A stretch of DNA of 64,000 bases. Source: an uncultured Collinsella sp. (GTDB lineage Bacteria > Actinomycetota > Coriobacteriia > Coriobacteriales > Coriobacteriaceae). The position numbers and the translations under genes were made by a program. The notes beneath the pieces were generated by a model. That model was not told the origin of the DNA. It searched no databases and worked only from the letters and a program-made list of their open reading frames with translations. Each line of letters opens with the position of its first letter. Positions within the stretch are counted from its first letter, which is position 1. Where the stretch lies: NCBI GenBank assembly GCA_900542235.1, contig UQNB01000001.1, positions 3,838 through 67,837 on the forward strand, given 5' to 3'. This document shows, in pieces, positions 19,490 to 29,001 of this stretch.

Positions 19490-21182
19490 TGAAGGCGATC
19501 TGGCTTGCGTGCTGCGCGTGCGGCGATTACGGGCTGTTGCAGCGGGAAGTCGAGGGCCGTGATGCGGGTGCACAGGTGCTTCGCGTGGGTGACCTGGACG
19601 GGCTGGTTTCCATGGCGCGGGCGTTTCCGTCGCGCCGCGGGGCTGCCATCATCGCGGCGTCTCTGTTTGATACCGAAGATGTGCGCAAGACTGTTGCGCG
19701 CCTGACGGCCGAAGGCCGCGTGAGTCGCGTGGTCGTGTTGATAGAAGCGCTCGATCCGTCGGATATCGAGGGGCTGTTTCGCGCGGGGGCGACCGAGGTC
19801 ATCGCTGCACACAGTATATGCGGCAACGGGCGCGCGGGCGAGGGAGCGGTTGATTCCGATCGGCGCATGACGATTGAGCCCGATGCTTTTGTTGATAGGG
19901 AACCCGGGGCGCCTCGCGCTACAAGAGGCCCGCGTGTTGATGATTATGGAAAAGCGGAAGCCGAGCATGGTCGGCGCCCCCGGAACCCCCTTGTATACGA
20001 TGACGCTGGAGGGCCGGCGCAGCATGCTGGCGACTCCCCGGCAGTAGATATGGGATACGTGCACGGCGTGAATCTGGCGGATGAACTCGACGAAGTTGAG
20101 GGCCTTGCCGGGTGCGGCGAGTTGTCGCTGATGCAGCATGAGCAGATTGCGCAGAACGAGCCTGCCTCGCAGACCGAACAAGCAGCCATGCCGGCTTGGA
20201 CGCAGCACGTGGTTGCGGCGGGGGAGACGGGGACGCTGTCACCGACGCCCGCCCCGCCGCCTCCGCTGCCGCCAGACGCTACCGCTCCGCCGCATCGAGT
20301 TCCAGTCATCTGCGCTATTTCGGGTTCGGGCGGTTGCGGCAAGTCGACGATCGTTGCCACCATGGCACACACATCGTCGCTGTTGGGCTTGCGTGCCGCC
20401 GTGCTCGACCTGGACCTGATGTTTGGAAACCTTTACGACTTGTTAGGCGTCGATGCTCCGTGCGATATGGCGGGACTTATTCAGCCCGCCGCGGGGGGCC
20501 GCCGCATCCAGATGGGGCGGCATTTAGGGAGCCGTCGGCGGCGGGCATGCTCACCGAGCCGGATATCGTAGCCGCTTCGATGCGCGTGGCGCCGGGCGTT
20601 ACGCTCTGGGGTCCCGTCGCGGCGCCCGAGCAAGCCGAGCTCATGGCACGTCCGGTGGAGCTACTGCTTGATGTTCTGCGTCGCGAATCCGACGTGGTCT
20701 TTATCGATACCTCGGTCTTTTGGGGCGACGCCGTGGCGGCTGCGGTGGCGGCGAGCGACCGTTGCCTGGTCGTTGGCGATGCGGCGGTGTCGTCCGCGGC
20801 ATCGGCATCGCGCGTCATTGAACTGGCAGGTCGAGTAGGTGTGCCGCGCACGCGCATGAGCGCCGTGTTCAACCGGTTCGGTGCGCGCGGGGCAGACGAG
20901 GACGTCGCCATGCGCTTTGAGATTGCCTGTGCGTTAAGCTCCAAGATTCGTATCGCCGATGGCGGGCAGGATCTCGCCGCGCTCATGGCGTTTGGGCGCG
21001 CTGACGAGGCAGTGGGGCAGACCAGCGCTTTTGCGACTAGCGTGCGCGAGGCCACGCGCGAGATGCTCGTGGAACTGGGGTGCGCCGTCGGCCCTTGGAG
21101 CGATATGGTCGCCGACCGTGCAACGCGCACCGAACGCCCACGTATCCGCCTTCCCTGGTCGCGCGAGGGTGATCAGCGATGA
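19486..21182 (+). pseudogene. cpaE: CpaE/TadZ-like pilus-assembly ATPase (receiver-like N-domain plus MinD/ParA P-loop), disrupted by a -1 frameshift near 20493-20500
   Basis: The P-loop ISGSGGCGKST and following ~60 aa lie in one frame. The rest of the ATPase domain (SDVVFIDTS, LVVGDAAVSS) continues in the -1 frame. The junction sits at a G6 run, and adding one base restores ...PAAGGPPHPDG...MLTEPDIV. Confidence 0.75.
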
Positions 21183-22507
21183 GCCTGCAAACGAGGATTA
21201 AGGCTGCCGGCGCTGCGGCGGCGGCAGCGCCTGTAGATGTGGGGCGTCGCCGCGCCGTGAAACGACGCACCAAGCGCGCCGTGATGGACCGCATGGGTTA
21301 CGACGAAGTGGCGCGTATCAGCGCCTATATCGACCCGGCACTTGCCCGCTCGGAATTGCGTCCTGCGGTGGAGGCGGCGCTCAATGTTGAGGAGCCGACC
21401 GATCTCGCGACGCCCGAGCGCGAGACCATCATCGACGAGATTTTGGATGACGTGGTGGGCTTGGGGCCGTTGCAGCCGCTCATCGAGGACGACACCGTTA
21501 CCGAGATCATGATCAACGGCTGCCGCTCGGCTTTCTTTGAACGCGGCGGCGTCTTGTACCCCATCGAGCATGCGTTTGAGGATGATGAGCAGATCCGTGT
21601 GCTTATCGACCGTATTATCTCGCCACTTGGCCGCCGTATCGACGAGCGCAGCCCCATCGTCAACGCCCGCCTCAAAACGGGCTATCGCGTCAACGCGGTG
21701 ATTCCGCCTGTGGCGATTGACGGACCGATTCTCACCATCCGAAAGTTCTCGGACCGTATCTGCTCGCTGGACGAGCTCGTGGGGTTGGGATCGCTGCCGC
21801 TTTGGTATGCGCAGCTGCTGTCGTGTGCGGTGTCGCTGCGACAGGACCTGGCGGTTGCGGGAGGCACGGGATCTGGTAAGACCACCCTGCTCAACGCGTT
21901 GTCATGTGAGATTTCCACCGGCGAGCGCATCGTGACGATCGAGGACTCTGCCGAGCTCAAGTTTGCGCATCATCCGCACGTGGTGCGCCTAGAGGCGCGC
22001 GAGGCTTCAATTGAGGGCGAGGGCGCGGTGACGATCCGCGACCTGGTGACTAATGCCCTGCGCATGCGCCCCGACCGCATCGTGGTGGGCGAGGTGCGCG
22101 GTGCCGAGTGCTGCGACATGTTGCAGGCCATGAACACGGGCCACGACGGGTCGCTTACCACGCTTCATGCGGGTTCAGAACAGGAGACCGTGGTGCGTCT
22201 GACGTTGCTTGCACGTTATGGCATCGATCTGCCGAGCGAGCTCATCGAGGAGCAGATTGCCATGGCACTCGACGGTATCGTGATGTCCGAGCGCCACGCC
22301 GATGGCAGGCGCTTCGTCTCCTCGTATTCGGGGGTGCGACGCGCCGCATCGGGCGGCGTAGAGCTCGAGCGCTATGTGACGTTCGATGCCGCCGAGCGCA
22401 CCTGGACGCTTGACCGCGAGCCGCCGTTTATCGCAGAAGGCCTGCGGTCGGGGACGCTCACACAAGAGGAGGTGGACGAATGGAGATCACTGTGCCCCTC
22501 GTCGTAG
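21179..22507 (+). CDS. cpaF: Flp pilus assembly ATPase CpaF/TadA
   Basis: Secretion NTPase with Walker [10 protein letters not shown], Asp box and His box. ATGA overlap with cpaE. Confidence 0.9.
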   Translation: MSLQTRIKAAGAAAAAAPVDVGRRRAVKRRTKRAVMDRMGYDEVARISAYIDPALARSELRPAVEAALNVEEPTDLATPERETIIDEILDDVVGLGPLQPLIEDDTVTEIMINGCRSAFFERGGVLYPIEHAFEDDEQIRVLIDRIISPLGRRIDERSPIVNARLKTGYRVNAVIPPVAIDGPILTIRKFSDRICSLDELVGLGSLPLWYAQLLSCAVSLRQDLAVAGGTGSGKTTLLNALSCEISTGERIVTIEDSAELKFAHHPHVVRLEAREASIEGEGAVTIRDLVTNALRMRPDRIVVGEVRGAECCDMLQAMNTGHDGSLTTLHAGSEQETVVRLTLLARYGIDLPSELIEEQIAMALDGIVMSERHADGRRFVSSYSGVRRAASGGVELERYVTFDAAERTWTLDREPPFIAEGLRSGTLTQEEVDEWRSLCPSS

Positions 22508-23406
22508 GGGGCTTGGCAGGGCTTTCTGTCGCGACGGCGTGCGGGGCGGAACCTCGTGTGCCGCAGGTACCGCCGGCGGAGCTGGCACGTCAGGCGCTCG
22601 AGACGGTGGCAGAGAAGCTGCCGCGTGAGCTGGTGGAAAACGATCTGCTGAAAAAGATCGCCCGTTCGTGGGCATCGCTGGCTCCGGCGCATCGCCTTGG
22701 CCTCGTGATCGAAGATGCTTCGGGACGTTTGGCGTTTCTGCTGCTATCGAGCGGTGTCTGCTGCGTTTTACTAACGATGGTGTCGTTATCGCCCCTCGGA
22801 TTTGCCTTGGGACTTGTTGCTCCGTTTGCCGTTGGTGCCGCTCGGGATGGCTTTGAGAGCCGGCGCGAGCAACACGATGCAGAAGAGGCAATGCCCGAGG
22901 CGTTTACCGCACTTTCCATGTCGCTTGCCTCGGGACATTCGCTGGCCCAGGGCATGCGCTTTGTGGGCGCTCATGCGCAAGAGCCAGTGCATACCGAGTT
23001 TTTGCGGGTGGCGGCGGCGATCGATTGCGGCATCTCGGCGACCGACGCGCTCGATGACTTGCTCGTGCGTATCGACGCCCCCGGTCTTTCGCTTGTGACC
23101 TTGGCGCTTAAGGTGTCTCAGCGCACCGGCGCTCCGCTTGCCGACTTACTGTCCGAGGCGTCGAGCATGGTGGGGGAGCGCATTGAGCTCAAGCGCCGCC
23201 TGGATGTTAAGACGTCGCAGGCTCGCATGTCTGCGCATATGGTCGCGGCGATGCCGGCGGGCATGTGCGCGGTGTTGGCGCTGCTTTCGGCAGATTTTCG
23301 TCGCGGTCTTGCGACGCCTGCCGGCGCGGGCGCTGTGGTGCTGGGTCTTGCCCTCAACGCCGTTGCCCTGGTGGTTATCCGGCGCATTATGCGGGTGGAG
23401 CTATGA
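22480..23406 (+). CDS. tadB: Tad secretion system inner-membrane protein TadB (GspF-like)
   Basis: 308 aa polytopic membrane protein of T2SS-F family topology, immediately after cpaF. Confidence 0.8.
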   Translation: MEITVPLVVGGLAGLSVATACGAEPRVPQVPPAELARQALETVAEKLPRELVENDLLKKIARSWASLAPAHRLGLVIEDASGRLAFLLLSSGVCCVLLTMVSLSPLGFALGLVAPFAVGAARDGFESRREQHDAEEAMPEAFTALSMSLASGHSLAQGMRFVGAHAQEPVHTEFLRVAAAIDCGISATDALDDLLVRIDAPGLSLVTLALKVSQRTGAPLADLLSEASSMVGERIELKRRLDVKTSQARMSAHMVAAMPAGMCAVLALLSADFRRGLATPAGAGAVVLGLALNAVALVVIRRIMRVEL

Positions 23407-24055
23407 GCGCCCCGGTTGCAGTTGCGGCTTGCCTGTGCGCCCTGAGTGTATTTGTCGCGACGGGTTTGGATCGGGCGGATGCACGCAAGATCGCAGGGGC
23501 CTGCAAGCGCGAGGCGGTGCTGGTCGCTGCCGCGGGTCGCTCGGTGGTCGATGCTCTGACCGCGCGAGTGAAGGGCGCGGTTGGAGCGGGCGGCCCGGCG
23601 CGAGTGTCGCTCGGCGAAGTGTCCGAGATGATCGATGTTGTGCGCTTGGGTCTTTCGGCCGGTCTTTCGTTTGATGCGGCGCTTGAGATTTTCTGCGCCA
23701 ACCGCCGGTCAGTGCTGGCTCTTCGCCTTGAGCGCGCCTGCATGGCGTGGCAGGTGGGCGTGGGCACGCGTGAGGACGAGTTGTTGGCCGCCGCGCGCGA
23801 CCTGGACGTGCGAGCGCTCGAGACCTTTGCCATCACGGTGGGGCAGGCGCTCGCGCCGGGCCGGCGTTGGTTCCCCCTTTTGCGGAGACGCTGGCCGCTC
23901 AAAGTCGCGAGATCCGTGCGGCTCATCGCGCCGCGGTCGAGCGCGAGATCGAGCGTGCACCCGTCAAGCTGCTGATTCCCACCGGCACGCTCATCTTGCC
24001 GGCGTTGCTTCTGTCCATATTGGGCCCGCTGCTGGGGGCAGGCGGGATGATGTAG
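23403..24055 (+). pseudogene. tadC: TadC (GspF-like) disrupted by a -1 frameshift near 23855-23866
   Basis: Starts MSAPVAVAACL with ATGA overlap on tadB. Frame 0 runs to ...ITVGQALAPG. The conserved TadC C-terminus (PPFAETLAAQSREIRA...KLLIPTGTLILPALLL) continues in frame -1. Adding one base at GGGCCGG restores APGPALVPPFAE. Confidence 0.75.
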
Positions 24056-24065
24056 GGAGGAATAC

Positions 24066-24299
24066 ATGAACACGATGACTGACGCTGCTGGCAAGGTCCA
24101 GGGCTGGGCGTTTTGCCGGGCGGCACATGTTCGTCAGCGCGCCAAGGAACTATTGCAGGAGGAGAGTGCACAGGGTACCACCGAGTATGCCATCTTGGTC
24201 GGCGTGCTCGTGGTGATCGCGATTATCGCCATCGTCGCATTTAAGGGCAAGGTCCAAGATCTATGGAACGCTATCAGCGAGGGCATCAACAGCCTGTAG
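24066..24299 (+). CDS. flp: Flp family type IVb pilin
   Basis: 77 aa. Flp motif GTTEYAILVGVLVVIAII after a charged leader. RBS GGGAGGA. Confidence 0.88.
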   Translation: MNTMTDAAGKVQGWAFCRAAHVRQRAKELLQEESAQGTTEYAILVGVLVVIAIIAIVAFKGKVQDLWNAISEGINSL

Positions 24300-24826
24300 A
24301 GGGCGAGCGCCCCGTCGGGGTGCTGCTGGTGTTTGCTTGCCTGACCGTGGCGATAGCGGCGGTGCTTTGGGGGCTTAACGCCGCGCGGCAGCAGCGTCCT
24401 GGGACCGCCTCCGATTTGGGCTCAGATTCGGCGGTGGCGTCTCAAAAAGATGAGATGCGAGATGCGGACGATTCGGATGTCGCTGTCACGGCGCAAACCT
24501 TTCTGCGGACGCTCGACAAGCGGTCTGGCATTGCGACGGATTCGCCTGAGGGCAACGCGATTGCGGTCCGGCTTGCATGGTCCGAGGACCGACCGATGAC
24601 CGAAGCGGCGGCGGATATGCTGCGTGCCTATCGCGAGGTACCCACGGCGCAACTTGCTCTGAGCGGCTATCTCGACATCAAGGGAAACGTGTGGGGCGCC
24701 ATCGTGCGCGACGGACGCGGCTGGGTCGATATGGTGACAATTGCCGCGGATGCTGGCGACGCTTCGTGTCGTCTGCGCGCCGTGCGCCTGAGCCCGCAGG
24801 CAACGGACTCAAAGGAGGGATCGTGA
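24263..24826 (+). CDS. hypothetical membrane-anchored protein of the tad locus
   Basis: One N-terminal TM (VLLVFACLTVAIAAVLW) and an acidic extracytoplasmic domain. Start uncertain; GTG 24320 is also possible. Confidence 0.55.
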   Translation: MERYQRGHQQPVEGERPVGVLLVFACLTVAIAAVLWGLNAARQQRPGTASDLGSDSAVASQKDEMRDADDSDVAVTAQTFLRTLDKRSGIATDSPEGNAIAVRLAWSEDRPMTEAAADMLRAYREVPTAQLALSGYLDIKGNVWGAIVRDGRGWVDMVTIAADAGDASCRLRAVRLSPQATDSKEGS

Positions 24827-24827
24827 A

Positions 24828-25046
24828 ATGCATGGCGTTCTGCGTGAGGAATCTGCCCAGGCGACGGTCGAATACGCCATCGTCACGGTGGCGCTGTTAT
24901 CGATCGTGCTGGCGATCGCGGGACTTTGGCGTGCCGGCACCGATGGGCGCTTGGCGGCGCTGGTTGAGCGGGCGGCATCCCATGGCGTTGCCTCGACGTC
25001 GGTTATCGACGCCGCTGCGGCCGCTAAGGACATCGCGTTGTATTGA
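24828..25046 (+). CDS. second Flp-like pilin / pseudopilin
   Basis: 72 aa. The REESAQATVEYAIVTVALLSIVLAI prepilin-like segment is a TadV cleavage-type motif. Confidence 0.7.
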   Translation: MHGVLREESAQATVEYAIVTVALLSIVLAIAGLWRAGTDGRLAALVERAASHGVASTSVIDAAAAAKDIALY

Positions 25047-25518
25047 TGCCGCGCGCGAGGACCGGGCGCAGTCTACGGTCGAGGCCGCTTTTTTGCTGCC
25101 GACGTTTCTGGCACTCATCCTTCTCGCGCTGCAACCGGTGTGCCTGCTCTATACGCGCGCGGTCATGGAGTCTGCCGCCGCCGAGACCGAGCGGCTCATG
25201 ACCACGACGACGGCGGAGGACGACGATCTTAAGGAGTTCGCCCGCCGCCGACTTGCCGCAGTGCCCAACGTTTCGATCTTTCATGCCGGCGGGCCGTTGT
25301 CGTGGGATATCGAGCTTGGCCGGGCCGGTGCGGGTGGCGTCTCGTCCGTGTCCGTTTCCGGCGAGGTCAAGCCGTTGCCTGTGATCGGTGCGTTTGCGCA
25401 GGCTATGGGTGGTACCGCCGAGGGCGGCTACGTTGAGCTCAAAGTCGATGTCTCGTATCAATCGCGTCCCGAATGGCTGGAGGGAGATTATGATTCGTGG
25501 ATTGCTGCATGGGATTAA
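24982..25518 (+). CDS. TadE-like pseudopilin
   Basis: TadE motif REDRAQSTVEAAFLLPTFLALILLA. Start uncertain (ATG 24982 overlaps the previous gene by 65 nt; TTG 24988 is the alternative). Confidence 0.65.
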   Translation: MALPRRRLSTPLRPLRTSRCIDAAREDRAQSTVEAAFLLPTFLALILLALQPVCLLYTRAVMESAAAETERLMTTTTAEDDDLKEFARRRLAAVPNVSIFHAGGPLSWDIELGRAGAGGVSSVSVSGEVKPLPVIGAFAQAMGGTAEGGYVELKVDVSYQSRPEWLEGDYDSWIAAWD

Positions 25519-27643
25519 GCGTTTCTGGTCTAGACGCGTTTTGACGCACCGTCCGAGCTGCCATCGCAAGCGAGGCGGCTTTATGGGTCGAGCCGGTGTC
25601 GATCTGTTTATCGAAGACGGCGCCTATACCACGCTTTCTTCTGCCGTGGTCATCCTAGTGGTGCTCACATTGTTGTTTTCGTCGACCGCGGCGATATGGA
25701 GCATGTCGCGTGCCGGGGATACCCAGGTGGCGGCTGATAGTGGCGCGCTGGCGGGTGCCAACGTAGTGTCGTCCTATCACACGGCTGCCACGGTGGTTGA
25801 TGCGAGCATCTTGAGTCTGGGGCTGGCGGGGTTTGCCACGATCGGGACGGGCCTGGTCGCCATCCTCATCCCGGGTGCCGAGCCGGTTGCCGGCAATATG
25901 GTCGACACCGGGATTGAGATCATTAAAACGCGCAACAAGTTTGCCAAAAGCGCATCGGAAGGCTTACAGAAAATCGAGACGGCCCTGCCGTATCTGATTG
26001 CCGCGCGTGCCACGCAGGCGGTGTCGGCGCAGGATACCGATAGTGTGACCTATACCGGTACGGCGCTTGCCGTGCCCAGGACATCCGAGTCTGACTTCGC
26101 TGCGCTCAAAGGATCAGAGATCTCGACCGATACCATTAAAGACACATCAGATGATTTAGAGGGTGCGGCCGAGGAGCTGCGGAAGGCTTCTGAGGACACG
26201 GCGAAGGCTAAAGAGCGTGCTTGGCTGGCGGATTGTGGTGGGTCTGACAAGGGCTCGGTCGGCAGCTGTTCTTGCATGTGGGAGCGTGCGAAAAGCCTAA
26301 CGGATCTCTCCGGTGTTCAAAATCCGCATTACTCATCGAGCGTTACGTGGGAGCCCCAAGTTGCCCTTGATCGCGCGAAGGACTACTACCATTGGCGTCT
26401 GACAAATGAGAAGCCCCACGGCTCGAGTGTCGAGATGAAGGCAGAGTCTGCGGCGCGTAAGGCGTTTTATACCTATGCGAGCGCGGAGGTCGATCGGGCA
26501 CATATAACCGAGAACGGAGACGGGGTTTCCTCCTATATTCCGCTGCTGCCGCGCAACTCTGATGAGGTTCGGGCGACGGAACTCTATACCGATGCGGTGT
26601 GGCCGACTAGCGTGAACGATGACAAGGCGTATCTGCATTACGGGACGACCTGCCCTAACTATAAGAAAGGGACGCCGAGCGGATTTGCTTCGGTTGCCGA
26701 TTACGATGGACAGGATAAATGCAGCAAATGCCATTTTGGCGTTTTGTCGCTTGGTGCTGTTGCGGCGCCTTCAACCTCTATCGAAAACGGCTTCGAGTAT
26801 CACTTTGACAAGTTTAAAGACGCCCTGGAGGACTACGTCGACTGTCGCAACAAGGAGCTCGAGCTCGAGCGTCAGACCGAGGACGAAGCCGACCGTGCGG
26901 GCAATGCGTTCGATACCGCCATCAAAGAACTTTCCGGTGAGCGCCCGCGTATCGCTCCGCCCGGTCGCAACGGCGTGGTTGCCTTTGCGGTTTCGGGTGC
27001 CATCTCGAGCTCCGATGAACTCAACTCTTCGTTTAACACGGCAGTCAGACTTGGCGATCGCGGTGCCATCTCTGCCGCGGTGCTGGCGCCCGATGGGGCG
27101 ACGGCGCAAAACAACGTGCTTTCGCGATTTTTCTCGACATTGAAGGAACGCTCGGGCGGCGTTGCCGGCGTGCTCGACGGCGTCATGGATGTTTGGGGAC
27201 GGCTGCTTGTGGGATACGGTGATATCCAAGGTTCGGCCGACGAACTTATGGGCGAGATGATTAAAGGCCTAGGAGGGGGCAGCGGCGCATTGGGCTCCAT
27301 CGCATCGTGGCTCGGCGATACCGTTTCGGCGTCCGTGGCGGCGTTGGGTCTGGAACCGTGCGACTTGCGCCTGCGAAAGCCGGTGCTGACCGATTCCGCC
27401 AACGTCATTAAGAGTCCGGGGTCTGACATTGCTGGTTTCTCTCAAGCGCAAGACAAGCTGCGAAGTATTCCGTTGGGCGTGACCGATCCCAAGGCGCTTT
27501 GCGAGGCGTTGGAATATCAAGTCGAACGCACCATTAGCGGTACGGTGTTCACGCTTGCGGAGATTCCTCTGCCCGGCGGCGGCTCCATCCCGCTCACCGT
27601 CGATGTCGCCACGCTGGTTGGCGCTCTGGGCGGTGGGTCGTAA
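25490..27643 (+). CDS. large TadG-like pilus-associated protein (Tad N-terminal domain)
   Basis: 717 aa. RBS GGAGGGAGA. N-terminal TM plus QVAADSGALAGAN, the TadE/G N-domain signature. Cys-rich segments (CGGSDKGSVGSCSC; CPNYKKG...CSKC) lie in the extracellular part. Confidence 0.7.
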   Translation: MIRGLLHGIKRFWSRRVLTHRPSCHRKRGGFMGRAGVDLFIEDGAYTTLSSAVVILVVLTLLFSSTAAIWSMSRAGDTQVAADSGALAGANVVSSYHTAATVVDASILSLGLAGFATIGTGLVAILIPGAEPVAGNMVDTGIEIIKTRNKFAKSASEGLQKIETALPYLIAARATQAVSAQDTDSVTYTGTALAVPRTSESDFAALKGSEISTDTIKDTSDDLEGAAEELRKASEDTAKAKERAWLADCGGSDKGSVGSCSCMWERAKSLTDLSGVQNPHYSSSVTWEPQVALDRAKDYYHWRLTNEKPHGSSVEMKAESAARKAFYTYASAEVDRAHITENGDGVSSYIPLLPRNSDEVRATELYTDAVWPTSVNDDKAYLHYGTTCPNYKKGTPSGFASVADYDGQDKCSKCHFGVLSLGAVAAPSTSIENGFEYHFDKFKDALEDYVDCRNKELELERQTEDEADRAGNAFDTAIKELSGERPRIAPPGRNGVVAFAVSGAISSSDELNSSFNTAVRLGDRGAISAAVLAPDGATAQNNVLSRFFSTLKERSGGVAGVLDGVMDVWGRLLVGYGDIQGSADELMGEMIKGLGGGSGALGSIASWLGDTVSASVAALGLEPCDLRLRKPVLTDSANVIKSPGSDIAGFSQAQDKLRSIPLGVTDPKALCEALEYQVERTISGTVFTLAEIPLPGGGSIPLTVDVATLVGALGGGS

Positions 27644-28119
27644 TGAGTATCCGCATGCGTCTGCGCGAGGAGCGCGCCCAAGCGACGGTGGAGATGGCGG
27701 TGGTTACGCCCGTTTTGCTGGTGCTGGCACTCATCGTGTACAACGTCATGATCTTTGCCAGCGCTGTCGCGCGCTTCGACCGCGTGGTACCCGACATCGT
27801 GTTGGCGCACGCCGTGGCGTCGGAGGGGGAGGGCGACGAAAGCTCTGCCGATGCCTCGGCGACGGTTCAGACTCAAATTCTGAATGCCATGGAAGGCTAT
27901 GACTTGCGGATCGAAGTGTCGAGCGAGCAAGGCGCGGAGGCATCGGATGGTGGCCTGCTCTCCCTATCCGGTACGTTTAGGACCTACACCTGCACCATGC
28001 ACTATGAGCCGTGGCCGACTTCTCTCAGCATCGCTGGCGTTTCGCTGGGGGCGCCGACAACGTTGTCGCACGAGCGCGCGGTGACGGTCGATCCATGGCG
28101 TCCGGGGGTGGTCATGTGA
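27643..28119 (+). CDS. TadE-like pseudopilin 2
   Basis: REERAQATVEMAVVTPVLLVLALIVYNV TadE motif. TAATG overlap with the previous gene. Confidence 0.75.
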   Translation: MSIRMRLREERAQATVEMAVVTPVLLVLALIVYNVMIFASAVARFDRVVPDIVLAHAVASEGEGDESSADASATVQTQILNAMEGYDLRIEVSSEQGAEASDGGLLSLSGTFRTYTCTMHYEPWPTSLSIAGVSLGAPTTLSHERAVTVDPWRPGVVM

Positions 28120-28475
28120 CCGCGGTCTCGTCCTACATCGCCTACGCGCGGGCACTCAACAGGCTGGGTTGGACGCCGGCCGAGTTTGCGGTGGCGGAGT
28201 CGTTTGTCGTGCGCCTGCGCGGCATGCTGGGACGGCGTCCGGTTGCCGCCAACGGCCTGCCGCTCGTCATGGCGTTTCCACGCTGCTCTTCGGTCCATAC
28301 GTGTTTTATGGCCTATCCCATCGACATCGCCTTCATCGATCGCGACGGCAATATCCTCGCGCGCTACGAAAACGTTCGTCCTTGGCGCATGTGCTCCTGC
28401 CCCGGCGCCTGGGCCGTACTAGAGCGTCCTTCAATCATTGTTTCGACCCCTGCTCTCCAACGCGTGCCGGCTTAA
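28095..28475 (+). CDS. DUF192 domain protein
   Basis: FPRCSSVHTCFMAYPIDIAFIDRDGNIL matches the DUF192/COG1430 core. Start uncertain (ATG 28095 or GTG 28116). Confidence 0.65.
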   Translation: MASGGGHVTAVSSYIAYARALNRLGWTPAEFAVAESFVVRLRGMLGRRPVAANGLPLVMAFPRCSSVHTCFMAYPIDIAFIDRDGNILARYENVRPWRMCSCPGAWAVLERPSIIVSTPALQRVPA

Positions 28476-28572
28476 GGGACTGAGCGAAAAACTTCTTGCT
28501 GCCGGCTGATGCCTCTGACGTGCCGATTTATAGAACCGAGGCTGTGCTCAAAAACTTTTTTAAAATTCTCGG

Positions 28573-28600
28573 TTGACCGGAACGCGTCCTTGGTTATACT
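28573..28600 (+). promoter_or_regulatory. sigma-70-like promoter for tRNA-Phe
   Basis: TTGACC, 16-nt spacer, TATACT, ~32 nt upstream of the tRNA. Confidence 0.55.
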
Positions 28601-28632
28601 AATCAAGCCTTGAAACAAGGCACACCTCAAAT

Positions 28633-28705
<73 letters not shown>

Positions 28706-29001
28706 CCTTGAATTGACTAGGACCTCTGCAAAGGGGTCCTTTTCTTTTATGTAGGGTTCTGCGGAAACTGCGTCCCAGAATAAGGGCTCAGAACGGGACA
28801 CACTTTCCGGTGCCTGCCTTTGGCGCGCGTACACACCTCGTCGCACCATTCCGAGCCCGCCCGCCCCAGACATTCCTCCCACTTTCGCGTCACTTTGCAG
28901 ACCGTTCGGTCGCCTGTCCGCACACGCGGGTATACTCAAAACGATACTTATCCTATGCAATACGATGCAGGCTCGACCTGCATGATTCGAAGGGGGCAGT
29001 G

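Noticed and set aside
19486-21182. Treating 19486-20571 and 20196-21182 as two separate overlapping genes
   Set aside because: The P-loop and the rest of the MinD/ParA ATPase domain are split across the two frames at a G6 run, so this is one gene with a frameshift.
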